From assembly GCF_000026545.1 (NCBI RefSeq), contig NC_011601.1: DNA of 64,000 nucleotides, one strand, 5' to 3'. Below, in pieces: positions 1-8,683 of this stretch. The notes below the pieces were generated by a model, which was given only the letters and a program-made list of their open reading frames with translations, did no database searches and was not told where the DNA came from. The translations under genes and the position numbers were made by a program. This DNA is from Escherichia coli O127:H6 str. E2348/69. Its GTDB lineage: Bacteria; Pseudomonadota; Gammaproteobacteria; Enterobacterales; Enterobacteriaceae. Each line of letters begins with the position of its first letter. Within the stretch, counting starts at the first letter, position 1.

Positions 1-2
1 CA

Positions 3-182
3 GAAGAAAAAAGAATCAAGGACGAAGAAGAGCGTAGAGCAAAGGATAAAGCTCACCGGAAAGAAGTAAATAACAAAATACTTGCTGACCTTATCAAGGT
101 TGGTGCATCAGAAGATGTTGCTAAAAATATCATAACAGCCATCGCAAAAGGCGAAGTATTCGCAACAAAAATAACCTACTAA
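3..182 (+). CDS. Hypothetical phage protein, C-terminal fragment (5' end outside window)
   Basis: Open frame from window edge to TAA at 180..182; lysine/glutamate-rich translation. Confidence 0.3.
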   Translation, partial: EEKRIKDEEERRAKDKAHRKEVNNKILADLIKVGASEDVAKNIITAIAKGEVFATKITY

Positions 183-205
183 TAAACCAACATAAGGAAC
201 CACCC

Positions 206-337
206 ATGATTTACGCAATCGCGGGAGGCGCTCGCATGGGTGCCTTCCAACTAAATGAATCTTTACTTGAACGAATCACCCGTAAATTACGTGACGGATG
301 GAAAAGAGTTGAGGTCTTATTATGCGCAATGAAATAG
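206..337 (+). CDS. Small hypothetical phage protein (43 aa)
   Basis: ATG at 206 preceded by AAGGA; overlaps next ORF. Confidence 0.3.
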   Translation: MIYAIAGGARMGAFQLNESLLERITRKLRDGWKRVEVLLCAMK

Positions 338-474
338 CCATCAATCACCAGATGCTTCGTGCTGCACAGAACAAAGCAGTAATAGCCAGATTTATTGGTG
401 ATTCAAAAATGTGGCTTGAAGCAAATAAAGCGATGAAATCAGCTATCAACCTTCCGTGGTATCGCAGGAAATGA
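322..474 (+). CDS. Small hypothetical phage protein (50 aa)
   Basis: ATG 322 overlaps the end of the previous ORF; stop overlaps the next start (ATGA at 471..474). Confidence 0.3.
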   Translation: MRNEIAINHQMLRAAQNKAVIARFIGDSKMWLEANKAMKSAINLPWYRRK

Positions 475-629
475 GTTTTACAGATAACTGGTCAGACGAA
501 GAATTCATTCGTCAGATGAAAGAATTAATCGGTAACGAAGGAGATATTCATGTCACTTGCAACCACAGTGAAGGAGAGCAAGTTACAGAGACGCATGTAC
601 ACGCAGAAAGCTCTCTGGTATCGCCATAA
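471..629 (+). CDS. Small hypothetical phage protein (52 aa)
   Basis: ATG 471 preceded by AGGAA; part of a coupled small-ORF stack. Confidence 0.3.
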   Translation: MSFTDNWSDEEFIRQMKELIGNEGDIHVTCNHSEGEQVTETHVHAESSLVSP

Positions 630-728
630 TGGTGACCGCGAAGGAATGCGGGTATGCCTTAATTTGTCCCGAGTCGAAGTATTAAATCAGCGTTATTTCC
701 TTGGGCCGTGTCCATTCTGAGGTGAATT

Positions 729-1436
729 ATGGATTTGAACAAATTCGATGAGCCATTCAGCCCTGAAGATATAGAATGGAGAATACAGCAAAGCGGTAAA
801 ACACGCGATGGCAAGGTGTGGGCTATGGTGCTGGCTTATGTCACGAACAGGGCAATCATGAAACGCCTTGACGATGTTTGCGGCAAAGCAGGATGGCGCA
901 ATGAATACCGAGATATTCCCAACAACGGAGGCGTTGAATGCGGCATATCAATCAGGATTGATTCCGAATGGGTAACCAAATGGGATGCTGCTGAAAACAC
1001 GCAGGTAGAAGCCGTAAAAGGTGGTCGTTCCGGTGCAATGAAGCGCGCTGCCGTTCAGTGGGGAATCGGTCGGTATCTGTATAACCTTGAGGAAGGTTTC
1101 GCACAAACATCTCTCGATAAAAAGCAGGGATGGCACAGGGCAAAACTCAAGGATGGAACAGGATTTTACTGGCTCCCTCCATCGCTGCCGGGATGGGCAA
1201 TCCCAGCATCAGATAACAAACCATCACCAGAAAATACCAACCAGACATCTCCATCGGTTGACTGCGAACAAATCCTGAAAGACTTCAGCGATTATGCATC
1301 AACAGAAACTGACAAGAAAAAACTCATCGAGCGTTATCAGCGTGACTGGCAATTAATGGCTGGCAACGAGGAGGCACAGGCTAAATGCGTTCAGGTAATG
1401 AACATCAGAGTTAACGAACTAAAACAGGCGGCATAA
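729..1436 (+). CDS. Rad52/Sak-like single-strand annealing protein (putative)
   Basis: 235 aa; motif AMKRAAVQWGIGRYLY resembles the Rad52 N-domain signature; sits upstream of ssb in a phage recombination module; GAGG RBS. Confidence 0.5.
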   Translation: MDLNKFDEPFSPEDIEWRIQQSGKTRDGKVWAMVLAYVTNRAIMKRLDDVCGKAGWRNEYRDIPNNGGVECGISIRIDSEWVTKWDAAENTQVEAVKGGRSGAMKRAAVQWGIGRYLYNLEEGFAQTSLDKKQGWHRAKLKDGTGFYWLPPSLPGWAIPASDNKPSPENTNQTSPSVDCEQILKDFSDYASTETDKKKLIERYQRDWQLMAGNEEAQAKCVQVMNIRVNELKQAA

Positions 1437-1904
1437 ATGTCTCACTTGGACGGAATTATTAAAAGATTCGAGTCCAGCTACAAAGTTAATGAAACAACAG
1501 GTTGCTGGGAGTCTACCTATTCAAAAAACAAAGGAGGATACACAAAATTTGTAGCCTTTGGCGTAACAATGCTTTCTCATCGGGTTGCTTTTGAGCTTTA
1601 TCACTCCCCCATTCCATCTGGGAAGATGGTTTGCCACAAATGCGATAACCAATGCTGCGTTAATCCTGAACATCTCTTTTTAGGTAGCGCGCAAGAAAAC
1701 ATGGACGACAAGATAGCAAAAGGAAGGCATCGTGGAGCCAAGAAAGGTCATGCTCATCATGGTGCAAAATTAACAGAGTGGCAGGTTATAGAAATTAGGA
1801 AAAGACTCTCTGAAAAAGAGAGTCAGTACAAGATAGCAAAAGACATGGGTGTATCTCAATCAATTATAAGCAACATAAAAACTGGCAAGAGGTGGAGCAA
1901 ATGA
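1437..1904 (+). CDS. HNH endonuclease with C-terminal HTH
   Basis: Motif [23 protein letters not shown] (HNH_3-type); start abuts the stop of the upstream gene; stop overlaps ssb start. Confidence 0.7.
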   Translation: MSHLDGIIKRFESSYKVNETTGCWESTYSKNKGGYTKFVAFGVTMLSHRVAFELYHSPIPSGKMVCHKCDNQCCVNPEHLFLGSAQENMDDKIAKGRHRGAKKGHAHHGAKLTEWQVIEIRKRLSEKESQYKIAKDMGVSQSIISNIKTGKRWSK

Positions 1905-2407
1905 GTTCTCGCGGGATAAATAAGGTGATTATCCTTGGTCGGGTAGGACAAGACCCGGAAGTTCGATACTCACCATCAGGAACAGCGTTCGCTAACCTGA
2001 CAATAGCCACGTCAGAACAATGGCGAGATAAAAATACTGGCGAGCAAAAGGAATTGACTGAATGGCATCGTGTTGCTGTATCCGGGAAACTGGCTGAGGT
2101 CGTGGGGCAGTATGTGAAAAAAGGTGATCAGATTTATTTCGAGGGAATGCTGAGAACCAGAAAGTGGAAAGACCAGTCAGGGCAAGACCGTTACACAACC
2201 GAGGTTCATGTCGGAATTAATGGCGTGATGCAAATGCTTGGCGGCATTGGCGACAGCAAACAACAAGCAGCCAGCAGGCAATCACAGAAGCCACAGCAGC
2301 AATCATCACCAGCACAACACAACGAACCTCCGATGGATTTTGACGACGATATACCCTTTGCACCAGTAACTCTCCCCTTCCCTCGTCACGCTATTCACGC
2401 AATTTAA
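1901..2407 (+). CDS. ssb: Single-stranded DNA-binding protein (prophage SSB) with 15-residue extension after DDDIPF
   Basis: N-terminus [25 protein letters not shown]-fold core, Q/P-rich linker and DFDDDIPF motif; ATG 1901 with AGGTGGAG RBS (the ORF track starts at GTG 1892). Confidence 0.85.
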   Translation: MSSRGINKVIILGRVGQDPEVRYSPSGTAFANLTIATSEQWRDKNTGEQKELTEWHRVAVSGKLAEVVGQYVKKGDQIYFEGMLRTRKWKDQSGQDRYTTEVHVGINGVMQMLGGIGDSKQQAASRQSQKPQQQSSPAQHNEPPMDFDDDIPFAPVTLPFPRHAIHAI

Positions 2408-2420
2408 TCAGGAGAAAATC

Positions 2421-2714
2421 ATGCCAGCGCCTCTGTATGGTGCGGATGACCCGCGCCGCTGTTCCGGCAATTCCGTATCGGAGGTGCTGGATAAATTCAG
2501 AAAAAACTACGATCGAATAATGTCTCTACCGCAGGAAACGAAAGAGGAAAAGGAATTTCGCCACTGTATATGGCTTGCAGAGAAAGAAGAACGCGAGCGA
2601 ATTTACCAGACATCAATCCGACCATTCCGCAAAGCCACATATACCCACTTCCCTGAAATTGACCCGCGCCTGCGTAATTACCGCTCACGTTATGGCGCTA
2701 TCAGTAATGACTGA
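2421..2714 (+). CDS. Hypothetical phage protein (97 aa)
   Basis: ORF with AGGAGA RBS directly after ssb. Confidence 0.45.
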   Translation: MPAPLYGADDPRRCSGNSVSEVLDKFRKNYDRIMSLPQETKEEKEFRHCIWLAEKEERERIYQTSIRPFRKATYTHFPEIDPRLRNYRSRYGAISND

Positions 2715-2724
2715 GGAATTTACC

Positions 2725-2892
2725 ATGAGAGGACTTGCATACAATCCCGGCATTCTTCCGGCAGAAATGATTATTCGCCAACGCGTAAAGCCAATGCCAT
2801 CGAGAGAGGAATTGCTTAAGAGAAATTCTTCTCCGTCAGTGAATCAAAACAAATATCTGAATGCGATGTGGCGCAAAGGAGGCAACCAGTGA
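2725..2892 (+). CDS. Small hypothetical phage protein (55 aa)
   Basis: ATG 2725 with GAGGAA RBS; the track's longer 2575 start overlaps the previous gene. Confidence 0.35.
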   Translation: MRGLAYNPGILPAEMIIRQRVKPMPSREELLKRNSSPSVNQNKYLNAMWRKGGNQ

Positions 2893-3158
2893 GTGAGTCA
2901 AAATGCCAAATTAATGGCAACAAGATAGAACCGTGCGCGGCGTTGGCAAAATCTCTCGAATATGGAAATCCAACATTCAAGAGTAAAGGCATATTTATCC
3001 CGGAGCGTGTGAACATAAACACCGGCGAGTCATGCATAGATATTGCTCAAATTCACTCGGGGAAATATATCGGTCGTGGCGTTGCAATGTGCTTTTGCCC
3101 GTTCTGTGGTGAAAGTTTGAAAACGTGGGAAGCGGAGGCAGCCAGTGAGCAAAATTGA
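2890..3158 (+). CDS. Hypothetical phage protein with C-terminal CPFC motif
   Basis: GTG 2890 preceded by AGGAGG; start overlaps the upstream stop. Confidence 0.4.
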
Positions 3159-3783
3159 CCATCAGGCACTGCGTGAGGCGGCAGAGCAGGCAATGCATGA
3201 CGACTGGGGATTTGACGCGGACCTTTTCCATGAGCTGGTAACACCATCGATTGTGCTGGAACTGCTGGATGAACAGGAAAGAAACCAGCAATACATCAAA
3301 CGCCGCGACCAGGAGAACGAGGAGATTGCGCTTACGGTTGGGAAGCTGCGTGTTGAGCTTGAAGCAGCAGAGAACAACCTTATTGATAGTGAATGCCATG
3401 TTGCTGAACTGGAAGAAGCTCTACGCGATAAGCAGGCGTTACTTGAAGCCTCAGAAAAGCGCAACGCAAAATTACAAAGCGAGAATGCATACATCCGCAA
3501 CCGGTACAAAGAACTGGACCTATTAATCGGGAAAAACATTCTGGTCATGCAGGCTGCCATTATCGAATGGCAGGCAACTGGCGACGCTAAGAGCGGACTA
3601 GCATGGATTTATAACACACTGTTTGGCCCTGGCGAATTACCGGACGAATCTGAGAAAGATGCTCAGGCCTACTTTAATCGCAAATATGCACCGATTGACG
3701 AAAAGCTTATGGCGCTTCACAAGTGGTTTTGGGAACAAAGTGAAGCCGAGCGCGCCGCTGGCATTCGCATCAAAGGAGAGTGA
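3145..3783 (+). CDS. Coiled-coil phage protein (ea-region type)
   Basis: 212 aa; acidic, heptad-rich central segment; position in the ea region. Confidence 0.5.
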   Translation: MSKIDHQALREAAEQAMHDDWGFDADLFHELVTPSIVLELLDEQERNQQYIKRRDQENEEIALTVGKLRVELEAAENNLIDSECHVAELEEALRDKQALLEASEKRNAKLQSENAYIRNRYKELDLLIGKNILVMQAAIIEWQATGDAKSGLAWIYNTLFGPGELPDESEKDAQAYFNRKYAPIDEKLMALHKWFWEQSEAERAAGIRIKGE

Positions 3784-3784
3784 G

Positions 3785-3976
3785 ATGAACGGACAAATCT
3801 CAATTGTTCGACCGGGAGCATGTGACGATTGCGAGATACGAATGATTATTCGTCTGGCGAGGGGGAAAACAATAACTGCTCTCATTACTCCAGAAAATCT
3901 CGCATTAGCATTAACCGGAAAGTCAGACCTGCCAGTAGAGCTAAAGCTGCGAAATGTTGAGATTAAGGTGAAATAG
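3785..3976 (+). CDS. Small hypothetical phage protein (63 aa)
   Basis: ATG 3785 with GGAGAG RBS immediately after the upstream stop. Confidence 0.4.
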   Translation: MNGQISIVRPGACDDCEIRMIIRLARGKTITALITPENLALALTGKSDLPVELKLRNVEIKVK

Positions 3977-3978
3977 CT

Positions 3979-4374
3979 ATGACCACTATTACCAAAGAGC
4001 GACTGCTGACAATCAAGCAGTGGCGCGAAACATACGGACCGGGTAGCAACGTTGTACTGCCAGCAGAAGAAGCGGAAGAACTGGCACGAATTGCTCTGGC
4101 ATCGCTGGAAGTCGAGCCGATAGGTTTCCGTTGCAGGCGCAATGATAACCTTGGTGATTGGAGTTACGTATATCATCGAGAGCCAGATGATTTTGAGCGC
4201 AAACATTTAGTGATAGAGGGCATTTACGCCGCCCCTCCAGCGCAAGTAGTACCGAAAGAAAAACCAATGCCTAATCCTCTTAGCATGTACGCGGTTGATG
4301 CTGTTGCCGCTATTGCAGAGGTGAGAGGCTGGAACGCCTGCCGTGCCGCTATGCTTCAGGGGAAAGGAGACTGA
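3979..4374 (+). CDS. Hypothetical phage protein sharing an N-terminal module with the 4584..5216 gene
   Basis: 131 aa; MTTIT start and ELARIALASLEVEP block shared with the downstream paralogue. Confidence 0.5.
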   Translation: MTTITKERLLTIKQWRETYGPGSNVVLPAEEAEELARIALASLEVEPIGFRCRRNDNLGDWSYVYHREPDDFERKHLVIEGIYAAPPAQVVPKEKPMPNPLSMYAVDAVAAIAEVRGWNACRAAMLQGKGD

Positions 4375-4375
4375 T

Positions 4376-4573
4376 ATGGATAAAAACACCACTGCTTACT
4401 GGAATCTGTCACTTGATACCGAATGCCCAAAATGCGGTCACAATTTCGATCTGCTTTGTGACGCTGATTTCTGGGAGTTTTCTGGAGCTAAACAGGCATG
4501 TGAAGAAATAAAAGGTTACGAAACATGCTGTCCAGAATGTAACCATGAATTTAAAACAGATTTCGTGTATTGA
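4376..4573 (+). CDS. Small zinc-ribbon protein (CPKC ... CPEC)
   Basis: 65 aa; two CxxC pairs; AGGAGA RBS before ATG 4376. Confidence 0.45.
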   Translation: MDKNTTAYWNLSLDTECPKCGHNFDLLCDADFWEFSGAKQACEEIKGYETCCPECNHEFKTDFVY

Positions 4574-4583
4574 GGCATAACAA

Positions 4584-5216
4584 ATGACCACTATTACCAG
4601 AGAACAGGCACAGAAAATTATTGAAGCAGCCGATGAGGTTATTAGTGCGCTTGCCGGAACTAACGAGGATGTTCACCCTGGTAGCGATAACATGCTACGC
4701 CTGTGGGATGACCTGAATGACCGTTACGCGCCCCCTGAAGTTGTGCGTGAGCTGGCACGAATTGCACTGGCATCACTGGAAGCAGAGCCTGTAAGCCAAA
4801 CTTACAACTTGCCAGAATTAATCGAAGGGATGGAAGTTTCCATTGATGTAAGCACTTGTGATGCTGATTTAGGTAATCGCTATTTCGGTACCGTCACCGA
4901 GGCGTTAGAACTTGATACAGCCAAGAATGGTTACATCCTCCTAGTTCAGGACGCAGAGCCAAACTTCGATGTAAATGGCAACTCTCCGGTAATTCCGGGC
5001 GGTTGGATAAGCTGTAGTGAGCGAATGCCGGATAGCAAAACAGCCGTTCTTGTTGCCAGGGAGTTTGACAGGAAAGGTGACTGGCGAATGAAATGGGCGA
5101 CTTACATCCCGGGGCATCCTGACGCTAATGATGGGTGGGTAATACCTGGTGCGTCGTGGATACCATCACACTGGATGCCGCTACCAGAACCGCCGCAGGA
5201 GGTTAACCATGGCTAA
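4584..5216 (+). CDS. Phage protein with DUF551-like C-terminal domain
   Basis: 210 aa; N-terminal module paralogous to 3979..4374; C-terminal W-rich segment (WISCSERMP ... WIPSHWMPLPEPP). Confidence 0.55.
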   Translation: MTTITREQAQKIIEAADEVISALAGTNEDVHPGSDNMLRLWDDLNDRYAPPEVVRELARIALASLEAEPVSQTYNLPELIEGMEVSIDVSTCDADLGNRYFGTVTEALELDTAKNGYILLVQDAEPNFDVNGNSPVIPGGWISCSERMPDSKTAVLVAREFDRKGDWRMKWATYIPGHPDANDGWVIPGASWIPSHWMPLPEPPQEVNHG

Positions 5217-5316
5217 CCTGCAACTTGCCGTCAAAGGTGAATAACAATCCTCGCACTCGCGGGGATTTCTTTTATCTGAACTCGCTACGGCGAGTTTTGT
5301 TTTATGGAGATGATAA

Positions 5317-5484
5317 ATGCACTTCCGAGTCACAGGTGAATGGAATGGAGAACCATTCAACAGAGTTATCGAAGCGGAGAACATCAACGACTGCTATGAC
5401 CACTGGATGCTGTGGGCGCAGATAGCACATGCAGACGTAACCAATATTCGAATTGAAGAACTGAAAGAACACCAAGCCGCCTGA
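5317..5484 (+). CDS. Small hypothetical phage protein (55 aa)
   Basis: ATG 5317 with GGAGA RBS; stop lies in the loop of a terminator hairpin. Confidence 0.35.
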   Translation: MHFRVTGEWNGEPFNRVIEAENINDCYDHWMLWAQIAHADVTNIRIEELKEHQAA

Positions 5485-5496
5485 TGGCGGTTTTTT
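5477..5496 (+). terminator. Rho-independent terminator upstream of torI
   Basis: CCGCC-TGAT-GGCGG hairpin followed by TTTTTT. Confidence 0.5.
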
Positions 5497-5541
5497 ATTA
5501 CCTGATTTGCAGGTTCGATTCCCTATTCGGAGATAGCACTC

Positions 5542-5742
5542 ATGCAACACGAATTACAGCCTGATTCACTGGTTGATTTGAAATTCATCATGGCCGATAC
5601 TGGCTTCGGTAAAACCTTCATCTATGACCGGATTAAGTCCGGCGACCTGCCAAAAGCCAAAGTTATCCACGGGCGAGCAAGATGGTTATATCGTGACCAT
5701 TGTGAATTCAAAAATAAGCTCTTAAGCCGCGCCAATGGGTAA
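5542..5742 (+). CDS. torI: Prophage excisionase / recombination directionality factor TorI
   Basis: 66 aa translation recognised as TorI (MQHELQPDSLVDLKFIMADTGFGKTFIYDRIKSGDLPKA...); lies next to the att core. Confidence 0.9.
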   Translation: MQHELQPDSLVDLKFIMADTGFGKTFIYDRIKSGDLPKAKVIHGRARWLYRDHCEFKNKLLSRANG

Positions 5743-5814
5743 AATAGCGGGTAAAATATTTCTCACATCTAAAAAACTCCATTCCAATCAATCCCCTGCC
5801 GCTTCAAGTAGATG

Positions 5815-5830
5815 TCTGCAGGGGACACCA
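5815..5830 (+). repeat. Prophage attR core (copy of the tRNA-Arg argW 3' end)
   Basis: TCTGCAGGGGACACCA matches the 3' end of argW; located 73 bp downstream of torI. Confidence 0.7.
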
Positions 5831-6269
5831 GATACCCTTCAAACGATATCTACCTTCACCCCGTAAAAGATAAGTTTGGCAGCACATTTGCCCTATCTAC
5901 TCATTTTTCCTGCAACAGGTTGAAATCTCAACACGGTCAGAAAACGCTGATGACTAAACAGCCCTGGGCCGGGCGATGTAACCATCACACACAATCCTGA
6001 TCGCGAAATATGGCGTGACTTGATACTTCACTCCACAATGCTTTCCTTGATGAATTCGCAGGCCCGTGATACACGGGACAGGTCGCTGAATTACGACAAT
6101 GCCCTGGAAATCAGCGAGCCGTGTATCCAGAGTACATTTGAGCGACTGTACCAGAACATGAATGAGGCGTTTGGATTAGGCGATTATTAGCAGGGCTAAG
6201 CATTTTGGTATTATTATTTTCCGGTTGAGGGATATAGAGCTATCGACAACAACCGGAAAAAGTTTACGT

Positions 6270-7517
6270 TTATATTGCTGAAGGTACTGGCGTTTCCATC
6301 ACTATTTGCTCACGTTTTTTACTCAGGAAGAAAATGCCAAATAGCAACATCAGGCAGACAATACCCGAAATTGCGAAAAAAACCGTCTGGTAGCCTGCGT
6401 GGTCAAAGAGTATCCCAGTCGGCGTTGAAAGCAGCACAATCCCCAACGAACTGGCAATTTGAAAACCAATCAGAAAGATCGTCGACGACAGGCGCTTATC
6501 AAAATTTGCCACGCTGTATTTGAAGACGGATATGACACAAAGTGGAACCTCAATGGCATGTAACAGCTTCACTAATGAAATAATCCAGGGGTTAACGAAT
6601 AGCGCGCAGGAAAGGATACGCAACGCCATAATCACAACACCGATAAGTAATGCATTTTTTGGCCCTACCCGATTCACAAAGAAAGGAATAATCGCCATGC
6701 ACAGCGCTTCGAGTACCACCTGGAATGAGTTGAGATAACCATACAGGCGCGTTCCTACATCGTGTGATTCGAATAAACCTGCATAAAAGACAGGAAAGAG
6801 TTGTTGATCAAAAATGTTATAGAAAGACCACGTCCCCACAATAAATATGACGAAAACCCAGAAGTTTCGATCCTTGAAAACTGCGATAAAATCCTCTTTT
6901 TTTACCCCTCCCGCATCCGCCGCTATGCACTGGTGATCCTTATCTTTAAAACGCATGTTGATCATCATAAATACAGCGCCAAATAGCGAGACCAACCAGA
7001 AGTTGATATGGGGACTGATACTAAAAAATATACCGGCAAAGAACGCGCCAATAGCATAGCCAAAAGATCCCCAGGCGCGCGCTGTTCCATATTCGAAATG
7101 AAAATTTCGCGCCATTTTTTCGGTGAAGCTGTCAAGCAAACCGCATCCCGCCAGATACCCCAGGCCAAAAAAGAGCGCCCCCAGAATTAGACCTGCAGAA
7201 AAATTGCTTTGCAGTAACGGTTCATAAACGTAAATCATAAACGGTCCGGTCAAGACCAGAATGAAACTCATACACCAGATGAGCGGTTTCTTCAGACCGA
7301 GTTTATCCTGAACGATGCCGTAGAACATCATAAATAGAATGCTGGTAAACTGGTTGACCGAATAAAGTGTACCTAATTCCGTCCCTGTTAATCCTAGATG
7401 TCCTTTCAGCCAAATAGCGTATAATGACCACCACAGCGACCAGGAAATAAAAAAGAGAAATGAGTAACTGGATGCAAAACGATAGTACGCATTTCTGAAT
7501 GGAATATTCAGTGCCAT
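6270..7517 (-). CDS. cscB: Sucrose:H+ symporter (oligosaccharide:H+ symporter family)
   Basis: 415 aa, 12-TMS-like; N-terminus MALNIPFRNAYYRFASSYSF recognised as CscB. Confidence 0.9.
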   Translation of the reverse strand: MALNIPFRNAYYRFASSYSFLFFISWSLWWSLYAIWLKGHLGLTGTELGTLYSVNQFTSILFMMFYGIVQDKLGLKKPLIWCMSFILVLTGPFMIYVYEPLLQSNFSAGLILGALFFGLGYLAGCGLLDSFTEKMARNFHFEYGTARAWGSFGYAIGAFFAGIFFSISPHINFWLVSLFGAVFMMINMRFKDKDHQCIAADAGGVKKEDFIAVFKDRNFWVFVIFIVGTWSFYNIFDQQLFPVFYAGLFESHDVGTRLYGYLNSFQVVLEALCMAIIPFFVNRVGPKNALLIGVVIMALRILSCALFVNPWIISLVKLLHAIEVPLCVISVFKYSVANFDKRLSSTIFLIGFQIASSLGIVLLSTPTGILFDHAGYQTVFFAISGIVCLMLLFGIFFLSKKREQIVMETPVPSAI

Positions 7518-7578
7518 AATTACCTGCCTGTCGTTAAAAAATTCATGTCCTATTTAGAGATAAGAGCGGCCTCGCCGT

Positions 7579-8502
7579 TTACTTCTCACTTTCCAGTTCT
7601 TGTCGACATGGCAGCGCTGTCATTGCCCCTTTCGCTGTTACTGCAAGCGCTCCGCAACGTTGAGCGAGATCGATAATTCGTCGCATTTCTCTCTCATCTG
7701 TAGATAACCCCGTAGAGGACAGACCTGTGAGTAACCCGGCAACGAACGCATCTCCCGCCCCCGTGCTATCGACACAATTCACAGACATTCCAGCAAAATG
7801 GTGAACTTGTCCTCGATAACAGACCACCACCCCTTCTGCACCTTTAGTCACCAACAGCATGGCGATCTCATACTCTTTTGCCAGGGCGCATATATCCCGA
7901 TCGTTCTGTGTTTTTCCACTGATAAGTCGCCATTCTTCTTCCGAGAGCTTGACGACATCCGCCAGTTGTAGCGCCTGCCGCAAACACAAGCGGAGCAAAT
8001 GCTCGTCTTGCCATAGATCTTCACGAATATTGGGATCGAAGCTGACAAAACCTCCGGCATGCCGGAGCGCCGTCATCGCAGTAAATGCGCTGGTACGCGA
8101 AGGCTCGGCAGACAACGCAATTGAACAGAGATGTAACCATTCGCCATGTCGCCAGCAGGGCAAGTCTGTCGTCTCTAAAAAAAGATCGGCACTGGGGCGG
8201 ACCATAAACGTAAATGAACGTTCTCCTTGATCGTTCAGATCGACAAGCACCGTGGATGTCCGGTGCCATTCATCTTGCTTCAGATACGTGATATCGACAC
8301 CCTCAGTTAGCAGCGTTCTTTGCATTAACGCACCAAAAGGATCATCACCGACCCGACCTATAAACCCACTTGTTCCGCCTAATCTGGCGATTCCCACCGC
8401 AACGTTAGCTGGCGCACCGCCAGGACAAGGCAGTAGCCGCCCGTCTGATTCTGGCAAGAGATCTACGACCGCATCCCCTAAAACCCACACTTTGGCTGAC
8501 AT
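7579..8502 (-). CDS. cscK: Fructokinase (PfkB family)
   Basis: 307 aa; GG motif and C-terminal DTxGAGD ribokinase-family signature; position in the csc cluster. Confidence 0.9.
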   Translation of the reverse strand: MSAKVWVLGDAVVDLLPESDGRLLPCPGGAPANVAVGIARLGGTSGFIGRVGDDPFGALMQRTLLTEGVDITYLKQDEWHRTSTVLVDLNDQGERSFTFMVRPSADLFLETTDLPCWRHGEWLHLCSIALSAEPSRTSAFTAMTALRHAGGFVSFDPNIREDLWQDEHLLRLCLRQALQLADVVKLSEEEWRLISGKTQNDRDICALAKEYEIAMLLVTKGAEGVVVCYRGQVHHFAGMSVNCVDSTGAGDAFVAGLLTGLSSTGLSTDEREMRRIIDLAQRCGALAVTAKGAMTALPCRQELESEK

Positions 8503-8607
8503 TTTTTTCCCTTAAATTCATCTGACTTACGCATAGTGATAAACCTCTTTTTCGCAAAATCGTCATGGATTTACTAAAACATGCATATTCGATCACAAAA
8601 CGTCATA

Positions 8608-8683
8608 GTTAACGTTAACATTTGTGATATTCATCGCATTTATGAAAGTAAGGGACTTTATTTTTATAAAAGTTAACGTTAAC
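8608..8683. promoter_or_regulatory. Divergent cscK/cscA control region: two GTTAACGTTAAC palindromes flanking a CRP-like site
   Basis: Perfect 12-bp palindrome at 8608..8619 and 8672..8683; TGTGA-N6-TCGCA at 8623..8638. Confidence 0.5.

Larger units (their letters stand above)
1..5830. mobile_element. Right arm of a KplE1/CPS-53-like lambdoid prophage at argW; integrase side lies outside the window
   Basis: Densely packed same-strand phage-type ORFs with overlapping stops and starts, a recombination module, torI, then a 16-bp argW 3' end match at 5815..5830. Confidence 0.75.

Noticed and set aside
2421-5484. Possible anti-phage defence or toxin-antitoxin system in the prophage ea region
   Set aside because: I looked for ATPase, nuclease or toxin-antitoxin gene pairs and found only the HNH gene. 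The remaining ORFs are small proteins of unknown function with no recognisable catalytic motifs, so a defence role cannot be supported from sequence alone.
5812-6000. 62-aa ORF spanning the att core
   Set aside because: Runs across the attR junction sequence with no RBS; a coding gene across a tRNA-derived core is implausible.
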